Source of the DNA: Thermoanaerobaculia bacterium
GTDB lineage: Bacteria > Acidobacteriota > Thermoanaerobaculia > Multivoradales > UBA5704
Length of the DNA stretch: 64,000 nt
Direction of reading: 5' to 3'
Assembly (NCBI GenBank): GCA_038250865.1
Contig: JBBSBW010000031.1
Span: 8,260-72,259, forward strand
This document shows, piece by piece, positions 1-8,741 of this stretch (position 1 is its first letter; the number at the start of each line of letters is the position of its first letter). The notes under the pieces are model-generated. The model searched no databases. It was not told where the DNA came from and saw only the letters and a program-made list of their open reading frames with translations. The position numbers and the translations under genes are program-made.

Positions 1-1
1 G

Positions 2-733
2 CTCGCCTACCCTTGGCTCGCGTTCGACTCGGTGGGCAACGACTACTTGAAGACGCGAAATTTCGATCAGCTCGGCCGGGCCGAAGACCTGTCGCTCGGG
101 CGACGCTTCCACGGCCGGCTCGGGTTCTCCTCCACCGCGTTCGGTGCCGATCGCAACGAGGGGATCTTCGACAGCACGGCGAGCTGGGGGGTTCGGCCGG
201 CCGCGCATCCCGCCCAGACGATCCTACTTTCCGGCACCGCCTCCGGCCGCTATGGCTCGGACGGCGGCCGGAACCTGCAGGCGGGCGTAAGGGCGCGTTA
301 CTACATCCGGAATTTCGGCGAGCAGCTGTTCTTGGCGTCGCTCGAAGCCGATGCGACCCACCGGCTCGACCCGGAAAGCCAGCTGCTCTTGGGGGGTGAC
401 AGCGGACTGCGCGGCTATCCACTGCGCTATCAGGACGGCGACCACCGGATTCTCTTCTCGCTCGAACAGCGGGTGTTCACGAATTGGTACCCGTATCGCC
501 TGCTCCACGTCGGCGGCGCGATCTTCTTCGACGCGGGCCGGGTCTGGTCGAACGATCCAACCAAGTCGGCGCAGATCCAGGGCCTGCTCAAAGACATCGG
601 CTTCGGCTTGCGGTTGGGCTCCAGCCGCTCGTCGCTCGGCTCGATCGTCCATCTCGACCTCGCCTTCCCCTTGGACGGCGACAGCTCGATCAAGAGGGTT
701 CAGTACCTGGTGACGTCGAGCACCGGTTTCTAG
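2..733 (+). CDS. BamA/TamA (Omp85)-family outer-membrane protein, C-terminal part (5' truncated by window edge)
   Basis: Frame is open from base 2. It has the GGDSGLRGY loop-6-like motif, amphipathic beta-strands, the FFDAGRVW and DIGFGLR motifs and a terminal Phe. Confidence 0.8.
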   Translation, partial: LAYPWLAFDSVGNDYLKTRNFDQLGRAEDLSLGRRFHGRLGFSSTAFGADRNEGIFDSTASWGVRPAAHPAQTILLSGTASGRYGSDGGRNLQAGVRARYYIRNFGEQLFLASLEADATHRLDPESQLLLGGDSGLRGYPLRYQDGDHRILFSLEQRVFTNWYPYRLLHVGGAIFFDAGRVWSNDPTKSAQIQGLLKDIGFGLRLGSSRSSLGSIVHLDLAFPLDGDSSIKRVQYLVTSSTGF

Positions 734-736
734 ATC

Positions 737-1711
737 TTAAGAACCCGACCGCCGCGGCGTGTGCCAGGTCAAATTCACCACGATCGGTTGATCGATCCCC
801 TTGTGGATCACCCGCTCGGCGCCGAAGTGGTACACCGTGGCGCCGAGGTCGATGCCGAAGCCGGTCCGAGCGTGCTCGAAAGCCAACCCCACGCCGACGT
901 AACCGTCGCCCACGTGGAGGCCACCGGTCTCGCCGGACAGGTCGAAGCCGGGGCCGGTGATCCGCCCGACGAACCCTTGGCGCGGCAGGGGAAGCGCGCC
1001 GATTACCCGCGGCGCCAAGGTCCAGTTCGCTCCCAAGGGACGCTCGTGGCGCCAGCCGACGTATGGGGTGACGAAATCGTAGGTGGCACTGTGGTCCAGC
1101 ACTCCGGACGCTCCGGCGTTGCGTCCGGTGACGAGCCGATAATTGAGCGTGTAGTTGGAAAGGTCGAGCCGTTCCCACAGGACCCCGAACGTCCAGGTGG
1201 TCGCCCGGCCAGCGGGCTGCCAGACCGCCCCGCCGCCGACTCCGAAGTGGCGGAGGTCGCCTTGGGGATTTGAAAACGTCGCGAATTCCGGCAGGTCGAG
1301 CGGAATGTCTTTGCGGAAGATCGGGCGGAACAGATCGCGGCCGGAGCTGCCGGAAAAGCTCATCGCATCGTAAAAGCCTACCGCCTGGAGACCCCAGCGG
1401 TCGGAGAGCGCCCGGGTGGCGCCGAGGCCGAACAGCACGCCCCCGAGGTCGACGAATCCGCCGCCGTTCTTCGCCCCCGCGATCTGCGCTTGGAACTGCC
1501 ACTCGCCCCGTGCGCTCCCCGATAGGGAGGCCGCGGCGAGGGGCAGGGTGAGGTAGCGCACGTTCATCGCGCTTTCCGGCAGGTGCTCGGTGATGAACTC
1601 GATGTCCTCGCCGGGGTTGGCGACCGCGGCCTTCGCGGCAGGCACCAGGCCGATCGCCGACGCGAACGTGGCGGCAAGGATCGTCAGGGAAATCTCGGGG
1701 GAACGTTTCAT
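737..1711 (-). CDS. Secreted hypothetical protein, probable outer-membrane beta-barrel
   Basis: N-terminal signal peptide (AAKA) and many alternating Gly/aromatic strands; its start overlaps the upstream stop (ATGA, 1708-1711). Confidence 0.6.
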   Translation of the reverse strand: MKRSPEISLTILAATFASAIGLVPAAKAAVANPGEDIEFITEHLPESAMNVRYLTLPLAAASLSGSARGEWQFQAQIAGAKNGGGFVDLGGVLFGLGATRALSDRWGLQAVGFYDAMSFSGSSGRDLFRPIFRKDIPLDLPEFATFSNPQGDLRHFGVGGGAVWQPAGRATTWTFGVLWERLDLSNYTLNYRLVTGRNAGASGVLDHSATYDFVTPYVGWRHERPLGANWTLAPRVIGALPLPRQGFVGRITGPGFDLSGETGGLHVGDGYVGVGLAFEHARTGFGIDLGATVYHFGAERVIHKGIDQPIVVNLTWHTPRRSGS

Positions 1712-3696
1712 TTCTTCGCCTCCGCCACCCGACCGCTAGGGGTCGGCAGCAGGTAGCCTCCGGTGCGGTAGAGCTGGTCGGCTCCGTCGAAATAGGCGAT
1801 CGCGTCCTCGATCAGCTCGTGCCCTGCTTTATCCGGCCGCGGGATCGCCACGAATTGATTGTCCGCTCCGACCGAAAACAGCGAGGCGCGTCCCTGCAAG
1901 CCCAGCACGGCGATCCGCCCGCCGCGCATCAGGGCGATCTCGTTGTTGTGGGTCATGAGAGCGCGGCCCTGCTCGGGCGGAATGCGGAAGATGTCGTGAC
2001 CGAAGAAGCGCGACTCGTAGCTCATTCCCAGAAGGCCGAGGATCGTCGGCGGCAGGTCGAGCGACGAGGCGAGGGTGTCGATCCGCTGCCCCGCTGGTAC
2101 CAGCCCCGGGGCGAGGAACAGGATCGGTACCTCGTAGCTCGGCAGCGGAATCGCCTCGGCGCCGTAGACCCGCGCGCCGTGGTCGCCCATCATCACGAAC
2201 AGGGTGTGGTCGAAGAAGGCGTGGCTTTTGGCCTGCTCGATGAACCGGCCGAGCGCCCAATCGGCGTAGCGCACGACGTTTTCGCGCCGTTTGAGCTTCG
2301 GATCGGGGCGGATCGGCCCGTCGGGAAAGGTGTAGGGCCGGTGGTTCGAGACCGACAGGACCAGGGTGTAGAACGGCTTGCCCGCGGCCTCGAAGCCATC
2401 CATTTGGACCAACGCCTGATCGAAGATCGATTCGTCCGCCGCTCCCCAGGCGGTGGTGAAGGTGCCGTCGGGATAATCCTTCTGCTCAAAGATCCGATCG
2501 ACGCCGTTGTTCGAAAGGTAGCCGCCCATGCCGTCGAACAGCGCACGTCCGCCGTAGACCCAGAGCGTCCCGTAGCCGCGCTCGCGCAGCAGCCCGGGGA
2601 GGGTGAACAGGTTTTTCGACGCCGGCCGGCGGACCACCGAAATACCGGGCAACGGCGGCAGCGAAGAGGTCGTCGCTTCGATCGCGCGGATCGTCCGGTT
2701 GCCGGTCGAATAGGCGTGGGTGAGCAGCGTGCCTTCGGCCGTGAGAGCGTCGAAACGGGGCGTCAAAGAGACCGGCCGCGGATGGAGCGCGCCGATGAAC
2801 TCCGAGCCCAGACTCTCTTCGAGCACGACCACCACGTTCCACGGCCGGGTCGTCGCCTCTCCGCGCACCGCGCGAAGGGTCGATTTCGGCGCGAACGTCC
2901 CGGGCACCGTGGCGGGCTCGGTGAGCAGCCGGCGGAGCCGCGGGAAGACCTGCGCGTCGGGCCGGGTGGCGTAGAGCCCTTCATAGCTCGCGTTGCTCCC
3001 GGCGAGCGCCGCGGCGAAGCAGAGGTAGCCGTTGGCCGCGATCTGGTTGACCGCGCGGTCCGCCGAGACTTCCGCGAGACCCGACGGCAGAAGGAAAGTG
3101 AGCGCGAGAACGACCGCAAGGTAGATGCCGAACCCGGGCAGCCGTTGCCGCAAACGCACGGGATCGTCCCAAGCCCTGGCGATCGGCTTGCGCAGCGCCG
3201 CGAGCAGGCCGAGCGTCACTACCAGCAGAACCGCAACGATTTTGCCGGTCGGGTAGCTCTGCCAGATGTTGTCGGCCACCTCGGTCGGAAACATCAGATA
3301 GTCGACCGCGACGAAGTTGAACCGGCCGTTGAACTCCAGGAAGAAGAACAGCTCGACGACCGCGATGAACAGCGCGCCGAAGATCGCGAGGAACAACCCG
3401 ACGCGCAGCAGGATGCGCTGCCAGGCCCTAGCGAACCAGCGCTCCGGCAGCAGGGTGAGGTAGATCATCAGCGGCAGGGCCACCCAGAGCGCCGCCAGAA
3501 GATCGAGCAGCGCGCCGCTGCCCAGCGCAGCGAGCGTCGTTCCGAGGCCGTTCTGGGTCGGGACGTGCTGGAGCCCAAGCAGCACCAGGCGGGTGACTAG
3601 AGCCAGGACCCAGAGAAACGCGATCCAGAGGAAGGCGAAGCGAAATCGGCTGGCGAACACCCGGCGAAGCCGGGAGGGGGGCGGAGGTGTAGGCAT
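1708..3696 (-). CDS. LTA synthase (LtaS/MdoB) family membrane sulfatase / phosphoglycerol transferase
   Basis: About 5 N-terminal TM helices followed by an alkaline-phosphatase-fold domain: VVVLEES, GNRTIRAIEA (Thr nucleophile), SNHRPY, GDHG. Confidence 0.9.
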   Translation of the reverse strand: MPTPPPPSRLRRVFASRFRFAFLWIAFLWVLALVTRLVLLGLQHVPTQNGLGTTLAALGSGALLDLLAALWVALPLMIYLTLLPERWFARAWQRILLRVGLFLAIFGALFIAVVELFFFLEFNGRFNFVAVDYLMFPTEVADNIWQSYPTGKIVAVLLVVTLGLLAALRKPIARAWDDPVRLRQRLPGFGIYLAVVLALTFLLPSGLAEVSADRAVNQIAANGYLCFAAALAGSNASYEGLYATRPDAQVFPRLRRLLTEPATVPGTFAPKSTLRAVRGEATTRPWNVVVVLEESLGSEFIGALHPRPVSLTPRFDALTAEGTLLTHAYSTGNRTIRAIEATTSSLPPLPGISVVRRPASKNLFTLPGLLRERGYGTLWVYGGRALFDGMGGYLSNNGVDRIFEQKDYPDGTFTTAWGAADESIFDQALVQMDGFEAAGKPFYTLVLSVSNHRPYTFPDGPIRPDPKLKRRENVVRYADWALGRFIEQAKSHAFFDHTLFVMMGDHGARVYGAEAIPLPSYEVPILFLAPGLVPAGQRIDTLASSLDLPPTILGLLGMSYESRFFGHDIFRIPPEQGRALMTHNNEIALMRGGRIAVLGLQGRASLFSVGADNQFVAIPRPDKAGHELIEDAIAYFDGADQLYRTGGYLLPTPSGRVAEAKK

Positions 3697-3758
3697 TTTG
3701 GAAGCCTACCGCCTTTTTGATGAACGCCCCATGAACTTAAAGGTCGGCCTCGCTTTCG

Positions 3759-6086
3759 TCACCTCGGGCGCCGCGAGGAATCTCGCGCGCCCGAGAGATT
3801 GGCGAGTTCGATCTTCGTGGCGGCCTCGTAGCTCTTGTCGCCGATCCGGCGGAACGCTTCGAGCGCCAACTGGAAATGGCGGCCGGCTTCCACCTCCCGG
3901 CCGGTGGCCGCTTCGAGCCGGCCCCACCCGAGTTCGGCCCGGGCTTGGCCTTCCGCGTCGCCGTTCTGCCGGCTTAGGCCCAGCGCCTCTTCGAGGTTCG
4001 TGCGCGCCCGGTCAAAATGTCGTTCTTTCAACTCGACCTCCGCGATTCCGCGGAGCACCTGCGCCGTGCCGTGGGCGTCGGCGAGGCGGCGGCTGATCCC
4101 GAGCGCCTCATCGAGATCTGACCGCGCCCGCTTCGTGTCGCCTTGCGTCTGGCAGACGTTCGCCAGATTCGTGAGGGTGAGGGCGATCCCCTGGGCGTCG
4201 CCGATCTCCCGCTTGATCGCGAGCGAGCGCGAGAGGAGCCGCGAGGTTTCCGCCAAATCGTCTTCGCCCGTGACGGCCGCGAGGTTGTTGAGCGTCTTGG
4301 CCTCGCGGGTGCGGTCTCCCGTCTCGTGGAAAACGCCGATCGCCTGTTGATAGATCAGCCGCGCCGCGACGGCGCGCCCCTGGGATTGATCGATCAACGC
4401 CTCGGCGACCTGGGCGCTCGCCGCGGCGCCGCGGTCCCCGGCGCGGCGATAGATCGCTCCGGCGGCCCGGAGGTCGACGCGCGCCGCATCCAGCCGGCCG
4501 AGGCGAATGTAGGCCCAGCCGCGGGCGATCCGGCCCGCGGCGGAAAGCAGGATGGCACGCCGCGTCTCTGACTTTTCGATCGCCCGCTCGGCCGCGTCGC
4601 GACAGCGCGGGAAGTCCCCCACCCCCCAGGCCGCGTCGGACTCGGCCAGGTCGACCCGCGGGTCCTGCCCGTCGGGCGCCGCGAGCTTGCGCAACGCCGC
4701 CACCGTGGAGAAGGAAACCTCGGCCGCGCCCGACTGGCGTTGCGCCGCGGCCAGGCTCAGGCCGTAATCGAGGTTGTCGGAGTAGCGGTTCCAGAGCTTC
4801 TCGTAGAGCCGCGCCGCCTCGGCCATCTCGAAACGCATCTCGTGGGCGCGGGCGGTCAAGGCCCACCGGATCTCCTCGGGCAGACCCCCGGCGCGCGACA
4901 GCGCGCGCCCGGCAGCCTCGGCGGCCCGCGAGTCGAAACCCAGCCGCGACCAGGCGACCGCCAAAGCGTCGTCGACGAACGGGTTTTCCGGATCGGTCTG
5001 CCGCGCTTTTTCGAGCCGCGAGATCGCGCCCACGGCGTCGCGCACCCTGAGCCGGCTCATCGCCTGGGCCCAGAGGCGCAGCGACTCGCCGTTGGCGGCC
5101 AGCGCCGCAGCCTCCCCGGCGGGACCGCCCGGGTCGTAGCCAAGGCTCCCGAGAATGCCGCGCGCCGCCGCCCGCGACAGGTCGAGCAGATCGCCGACGC
5201 TTCCGGTCTGGCGCGCCCAAGCGACCGTTTCGCCGCTCCGGACGTCTTCTACCATCACCTGGATGCGGACGCGCGCTCCTCCCGCTCCTCCAGGCACCGG
5301 GCTCACCAGGTAGGAGCCGACGACCACCAGACGGGTTCCGAGGTTGTCGCCGATCCGGGCCAGCCCGGCGTCGGCCACGGTGCCTTCCGAAACGCCCAGC
5401 TCGCGCTGCATCCGGACGACGTTGTCGGCCGGGATCAGCCGCACCGTGCCGGGGGTGGTCAGCTCGAAGCGGAGGGTCTCGGAAAGAGCGGCCGAGATCC
5501 AGTCGTCTTCCGGACGCTCGGCAAGGTTGCGGAATCCCAGGATCGCGAGGGTCGGCCGCCCGGCGGTGCGCTCGGCACGGGCGGGCGACGCCGTGGAGCG
5601 CGCGGCCGAAGGGGGCATCGAGCCATCGAGCAGACAGACGGCGGCGAACCCGGCGATCCAGGAGGCACGAAGAAGAAAAGGGCGGCGTCTCCACCGGGGC
5701 GGGAGAGGCGCCGGCTCGGCCGCCGGGCTCTCCTCCGCGATAGGAGCGACGGGAGCGACGGGAATCGTCTCTCCCGGGCCGTTCTCAATCGCCGCGATGA
5801 ACCGGTAGCCGCGCCGATGGACCGTCTCGATGATCCGCGGGCGCGCCGGTTCGTCCCCTAGCGCCTGCCGCACCTCGCTGATCGCCTGCTTGACCGAAGC
5901 GGGCGAGAGGTGCTCCACCCCCCACACCCGATCGAGGAGGTCCTCCTGAGAGAGGATTCTCGGGGCGCTTTCGACCAAAACCTCCAGCATGCGGTAGGCC
6001 TGAGGTCGCAGGCGCACCTCCCCTTCCGGCCCGGACAGCCGGCCCGCCTCCGCATCCAGGGTGAACCCGAGAAACCGCACCTTCAT
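3759..6086 (-). CDS. OmpR/CadC-type winged-helix regulator with TolB_N-like domain and TPR repeats
   Basis: Likely start MKVRF at 6086 with GGAGAAGG RBS. It has the wHTH motif (LLDRVWG...VKQAISEVRQALGD...IETVHRRGYRF), a hydrophobic segment and C-terminal TPRs. Confidence 0.85.
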   Translation of the reverse strand: MKVRFLGFTLDAEAGRLSGPEGEVRLRPQAYRMLEVLVESAPRILSQEDLLDRVWGVEHLSPASVKQAISEVRQALGDEPARPRIIETVHRRGYRFIAAIENGPGETIPVAPVAPIAEESPAAEPAPLPPRWRRRPFLLRASWIAGFAAVCLLDGSMPPSAARSTASPARAERTAGRPTLAILGFRNLAERPEDDWISAALSETLRFELTTPGTVRLIPADNVVRMQRELGVSEGTVADAGLARIGDNLGTRLVVVGSYLVSPVPGGAGGARVRIQVMVEDVRSGETVAWARQTGSVGDLLDLSRAAARGILGSLGYDPGGPAGEAAALAANGESLRLWAQAMSRLRVRDAVGAISRLEKARQTDPENPFVDDALAVAWSRLGFDSRAAEAAGRALSRAGGLPEEIRWALTARAHEMRFEMAEAARLYEKLWNRYSDNLDYGLSLAAAQRQSGAAEVSFSTVAALRKLAAPDGQDPRVDLAESDAAWGVGDFPRCRDAAERAIEKSETRRAILLSAAGRIARGWAYIRLGRLDAARVDLRAAGAIYRRAGDRGAAASAQVAEALIDQSQGRAVAARLIYQQAIGVFHETGDRTREAKTLNNLAAVTGEDDLAETSRLLSRSLAIKREIGDAQGIALTLTNLANVCQTQGDTKRARSDLDEALGISRRLADAHGTAQVLRGIAEVELKERHFDRARTNLEEALGLSRQNGDAEGQARAELGWGRLEAATGREVEAGRHFQLALEAFRRIGDKSYEAATKIELANLSGARDSSRRPR

Positions 6087-6116
6087 CGCCACGCCTTCTC
6101 CCTCGCGAAACTCGGT

Positions 6117-6152
6117 TTGACTGTTTCTTGACCTTTGGCGGACGCCTTTGAC
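6117..6152. promoter_or_regulatory. TTGAC direct repeats (6117, 6128, 6148), candidate wHTH operator in a divergent promoter region
   Basis: Three TTGAC copies, spaced 11 and 20 nt, between the regulator and the divergent secreted-protein genes. Confidence 0.5.
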
Positions 6153-6242
6153 CTCCCAACCGGTCGATCCTTCAGGGGCAGCGGACGGAGCCCGAGCGGA
6201 CCCCGCCGCCTGCATACAACCCAACGACCCCAAGGAGAGACC

Positions 6243-6671
6243 ATGATCCGCCGAACGCTTTTCGCCCTTTCCCTATGCATTTTAGGGTTCGCCGCAGCCG
6301 CCTCCGCCCAAGCGCCGTTCACCGACCTGCTCCACCACGAGCGGACATTCCTCGGGCGCGAAGTCCTGCAGGACGCCGCCACCCTGTACTTGCCGCTACC
6401 GGCCGGCGGTTGGGCCTCATCGGCCGCTCTGGAGCAGGCGCAGATCCAGGCCGCCCTCGGCTGGTTCGCGGCGCATGGCTACCTCTTCTCCGACCCCGCG
6501 ATCGGCATCGACTTCCACTCCGATTCGACCGGCAACAGCATCACGATCGATGGACCCGGCATCCACGTGGTGATTTACCTGCCGTGCGGGCCGTTCATCC
6601 CGTTGCAGAGAGAGCAGTTGATGGTGGCGACGATTATCCGCCAGATCCCGCCAGTCTCAAACGGCTTCTGA
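6243..6671 (+). CDS. Secreted hypothetical protein
   Basis: AAGGAGA RBS, start MIRRTL, signal peptide ending ASA-Q. Confidence 0.75.
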   Translation: MIRRTLFALSLCILGFAAAASAQAPFTDLLHHERTFLGREVLQDAATLYLPLPAGGWASSAALEQAQIQAALGWFAAHGYLFSDPAIGIDFHSDSTGNSITIDGPGIHVVIYLPCGPFIPLQREQLMVATIIRQIPPVSNGF

Positions 6672-6720
6672 TCCCTACAAACCCTTACCGTCGCAGAATC
6701 CCTGCGCCAAGGAGAGACTC

Positions 6721-7074
6721 ATGTTCCGACCTACCCGCACCCTTCTCGCTCTGTTTTGCCTCATCGCCCTCGCGGCGACCGGCGGCCCTTCCCTCGCGCA
6801 ACCCCATGGGCCGATCGTCATCAACCCTTCGCTGTGGATCAAAACGGTGACCGTCTGGGGAGCCGGCGGCACCTTGGATAACGCCGAGGCCAATGCTCTC
6901 GCCGAAATCCACACCACCTACTTCGTGCTCAGCTATTCGACCAGCAACCCGCTGTGTAGCGATATCCCGTCGGCGGCCCTCACCGCCAATCAGGGGCAAG
7001 TAATCCCGGATCAGTTCTGCTCGATCGAGGTCACCGCCCGCGTGATTCGCAAAGCGATCCGGCTCGTGGATTGA
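6721..7074 (+). CDS. Secreted hypothetical protein
   Basis: AAGGAGA RBS, signal peptide ending SLA-Q, two Cys in the mature part. Confidence 0.75.
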   Translation: MFRPTRTLLALFCLIALAATGGPSLAQPHGPIVINPSLWIKTVTVWGAGGTLDNAEANALAEIHTTYFVLSYSTSNPLCSDIPSAALTANQGQVIPDQFCSIEVTARVIRKAIRLVD

Positions 7075-7083
7075 CGACATCCC

Positions 7084-7120
7084 GCGGAGGAGCGACTCGC
7101 TGCGCTCCTCCGCCTTTCCT
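7084..7120 (+). terminator. Intrinsic terminator-like hairpin
   Basis: 11-bp stem GCGGAGGAGCG/CGCTCCTCCGC followed by a pyrimidine run, just after the stop at 7074. Confidence 0.6.
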
Positions 7121-7298
7121 CCCCTCGCGATGTCTTCCTGAGAAAATGTAATTTGCCTAGCCCGAGCTCATGCTCTGGCCGAAGGCTATCTCGCCGAGAA
7201 AAATGCGACCCGGACGCTCCGCACGGCGCTCCGCGAGTTGCTTGAGGAAGACGCCCGCTCGCTCGCCGACCGGGTCTCGAGTCACCTATGATCCCCAG

Positions 7299-7577
7299 GT
7301 GGACCTGCGTTTCTACATCGACTCAGAAACCGACGAACCGCACATCTACAAGCACGGCGTCAGCGAGGGAGAGGTAGAGGAGGCGCTGAGGAGCCGGGCG
7401 GACGACTTTCCGGGTCGCAACGCGACTCGCATCGCCCTCGGCGCCACCGATTCCGGCCGTCATCTGCAGGTGATCTACCTGCCCGAGCCGGAATGGGATG
7501 CGCTCTTCGTCATCACGGCGTATGATCTTCGAGGCAGTGCTCTAGCCGCCTTTCGCAGGCGACGAAGATCGCGATGA
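7299..7577 (+). CDS. BrnT/DUF4258-like putative toxin
   Basis: Probable GTG start (VDLRFYID...HIYKHGVSEGEVEEAL...ALGAT..GRHLQVIY...FVITAY), basic C-terminus; overlaps the next gene (ATGA). Confidence 0.6.
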   Translation: MDLRFYIDSETDEPHIYKHGVSEGEVEEALRSRADDFPGRNATRIALGATDSGRHLQVIYLPEPEWDALFVITAYDLRGSALAAFRRRRRSR

Positions 7578-7786
7578 AAAAGACGAACACCTTCCCTCCC
7601 AGCTGGGACGATTCTCGCGTTCGCGATGTGATCGGCTACTACGAGAGCCAGACGGACGAGGAGGCTGCGGCGGAGCACGAAGCGGCTCTCGCACAGGCCA
7701 ACGAGACCTTGCTTCCCGTCCCCAACGCGCTGGTTACCCAGGTTCGGAAGCTGATCGCTCGGCACAAGCGCGACCAGGCGGCGTGA
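7574..7786 (+). CDS. Small acidic putative antitoxin
   Basis: 70 aa (FPPSWDDSRV...YYESQTDEEAAAE...VPNALVTQVRKLIA), coupled to the upstream toxin-like gene. Confidence 0.6.
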   Translation: MKKTNTFPPSWDDSRVRDVIGYYESQTDEEAAAEHEAALAQANETLLPVPNALVTQVRKLIARHKRDQAA

Positions 7787-7940
7787 AGTCCTCGCGGAGC
7801 CCGCGAAACGCCACGCGTTCGCTAAAACTACTATATATCGCGGCCCCCTGCTGACTTCCCCGCCCCCTGGCACCGCGGTTGCTCTCAAATAGGGCCGGCC
7901 GGCCATTTCGGCAAGCTCGCCTCTGGGGAGACCCGTTTCG

Positions 7941-8741
7941 ATGCGCGTACCCTGTCTCGTTTTCGCGAGTCTGTTCGCGGTGGCCTCCCTGGCGTCCGCG
8001 AGCGTCGCCAAACCCAATGCTTCCCCGAAACCCTCGAAGCTCAACCCCAAACTTCGCGAGCAGGTCCTCAACCACACCGGATTCGGTCCGCTCGCCCTTT
8101 ATCGCGAGAGCGATCATCCACCGCATGTCGTGGTCTTCCTCTCCGGCGACGGCGGCTGGCGGCTCGGGGTGGTCGACATGGCGCGCCATCTCGCCGACCT
8201 CGACGCGCTGGTGATCGGAGTGGACATCCGGAATTACCTGAAGTCGCTCGACAAGACCCCGGCGCCGTGCAGCGACGCCGCCGCCGATTTCGAGGAGATC
8301 GGCCGCTACGTGCAAAAGGAGCTTGGCTATCCCACGCTCAAAAGCCCGATTCTGGTCGGCTATTCCTCCGGCGCCACCCTGGTCTACGCCGCGTTGGTGC
8401 AGGCCGAGCCCGAGCACTTCCGCGGCGCTTTAAGCCTCGGCTTCTGTCCGGATCTGCCCGTGGTCAAGCCGTTCTGCGCCGGCCGCGGGCTGCGGTCTAC
8501 GGCCAACCCGAAAGCCAAAGGGGTGCTGTTCGAGACCACGTCGACGCTCGAAGATCCCTGGTACGTTTTCCAGGGGAGCATCGATCAGGTCTGCGATCCG
8601 CAGGAGACCGCGGACTACACCAAGAAGGTTCGCCATGGCGAGCTGGTCTGGCTCGACAAGGTGGGGCACGGCTTTTCGGTCGAGAAGCGCTGGCTGCCGC
8701 AGTTTGCCGACGCGTTCCAGCGCGTCGCGGGCGCGAGATGA
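7941..8741 (+). CDS. AcvB/VirJ-family alpha/beta hydrolase, single domain
   Basis: Signal peptide, SGDGGW, GYSSGA nucleophile elbow, GSIDQVC and VGHGF. Confidence 0.85.
   Translation: MRVPCLVFASLFAVASLASASVAKPNASPKPSKLNPKLREQVLNHTGFGPLALYRESDHPPHVVVFLSGDGGWRLGVVDMARHLADLDALVIGVDIRNYLKSLDKTPAPCSDAAADFEEIGRYVQKELGYPTLKSPILVGYSSGATLVYAALVQAEPEHFRGALSLGFCPDLPVVKPFCAGRGLRSTANPKAKGVLFETTSTLEDPWYVFQGSIDQVCDPQETADYTKKVRHGELVWLDKVGHGFSVEKRWLPQFADAFQRVAGAR

Noticed and set aside
1819-3600. 593-aa plus-strand ORF, and similar long antisense ORFs (9973-12135, 25369-27075, 31782-33617, 35611-37242)
   Set aside because: Each mirrors a well-supported gene on the other strand and lacks recognisable domains.
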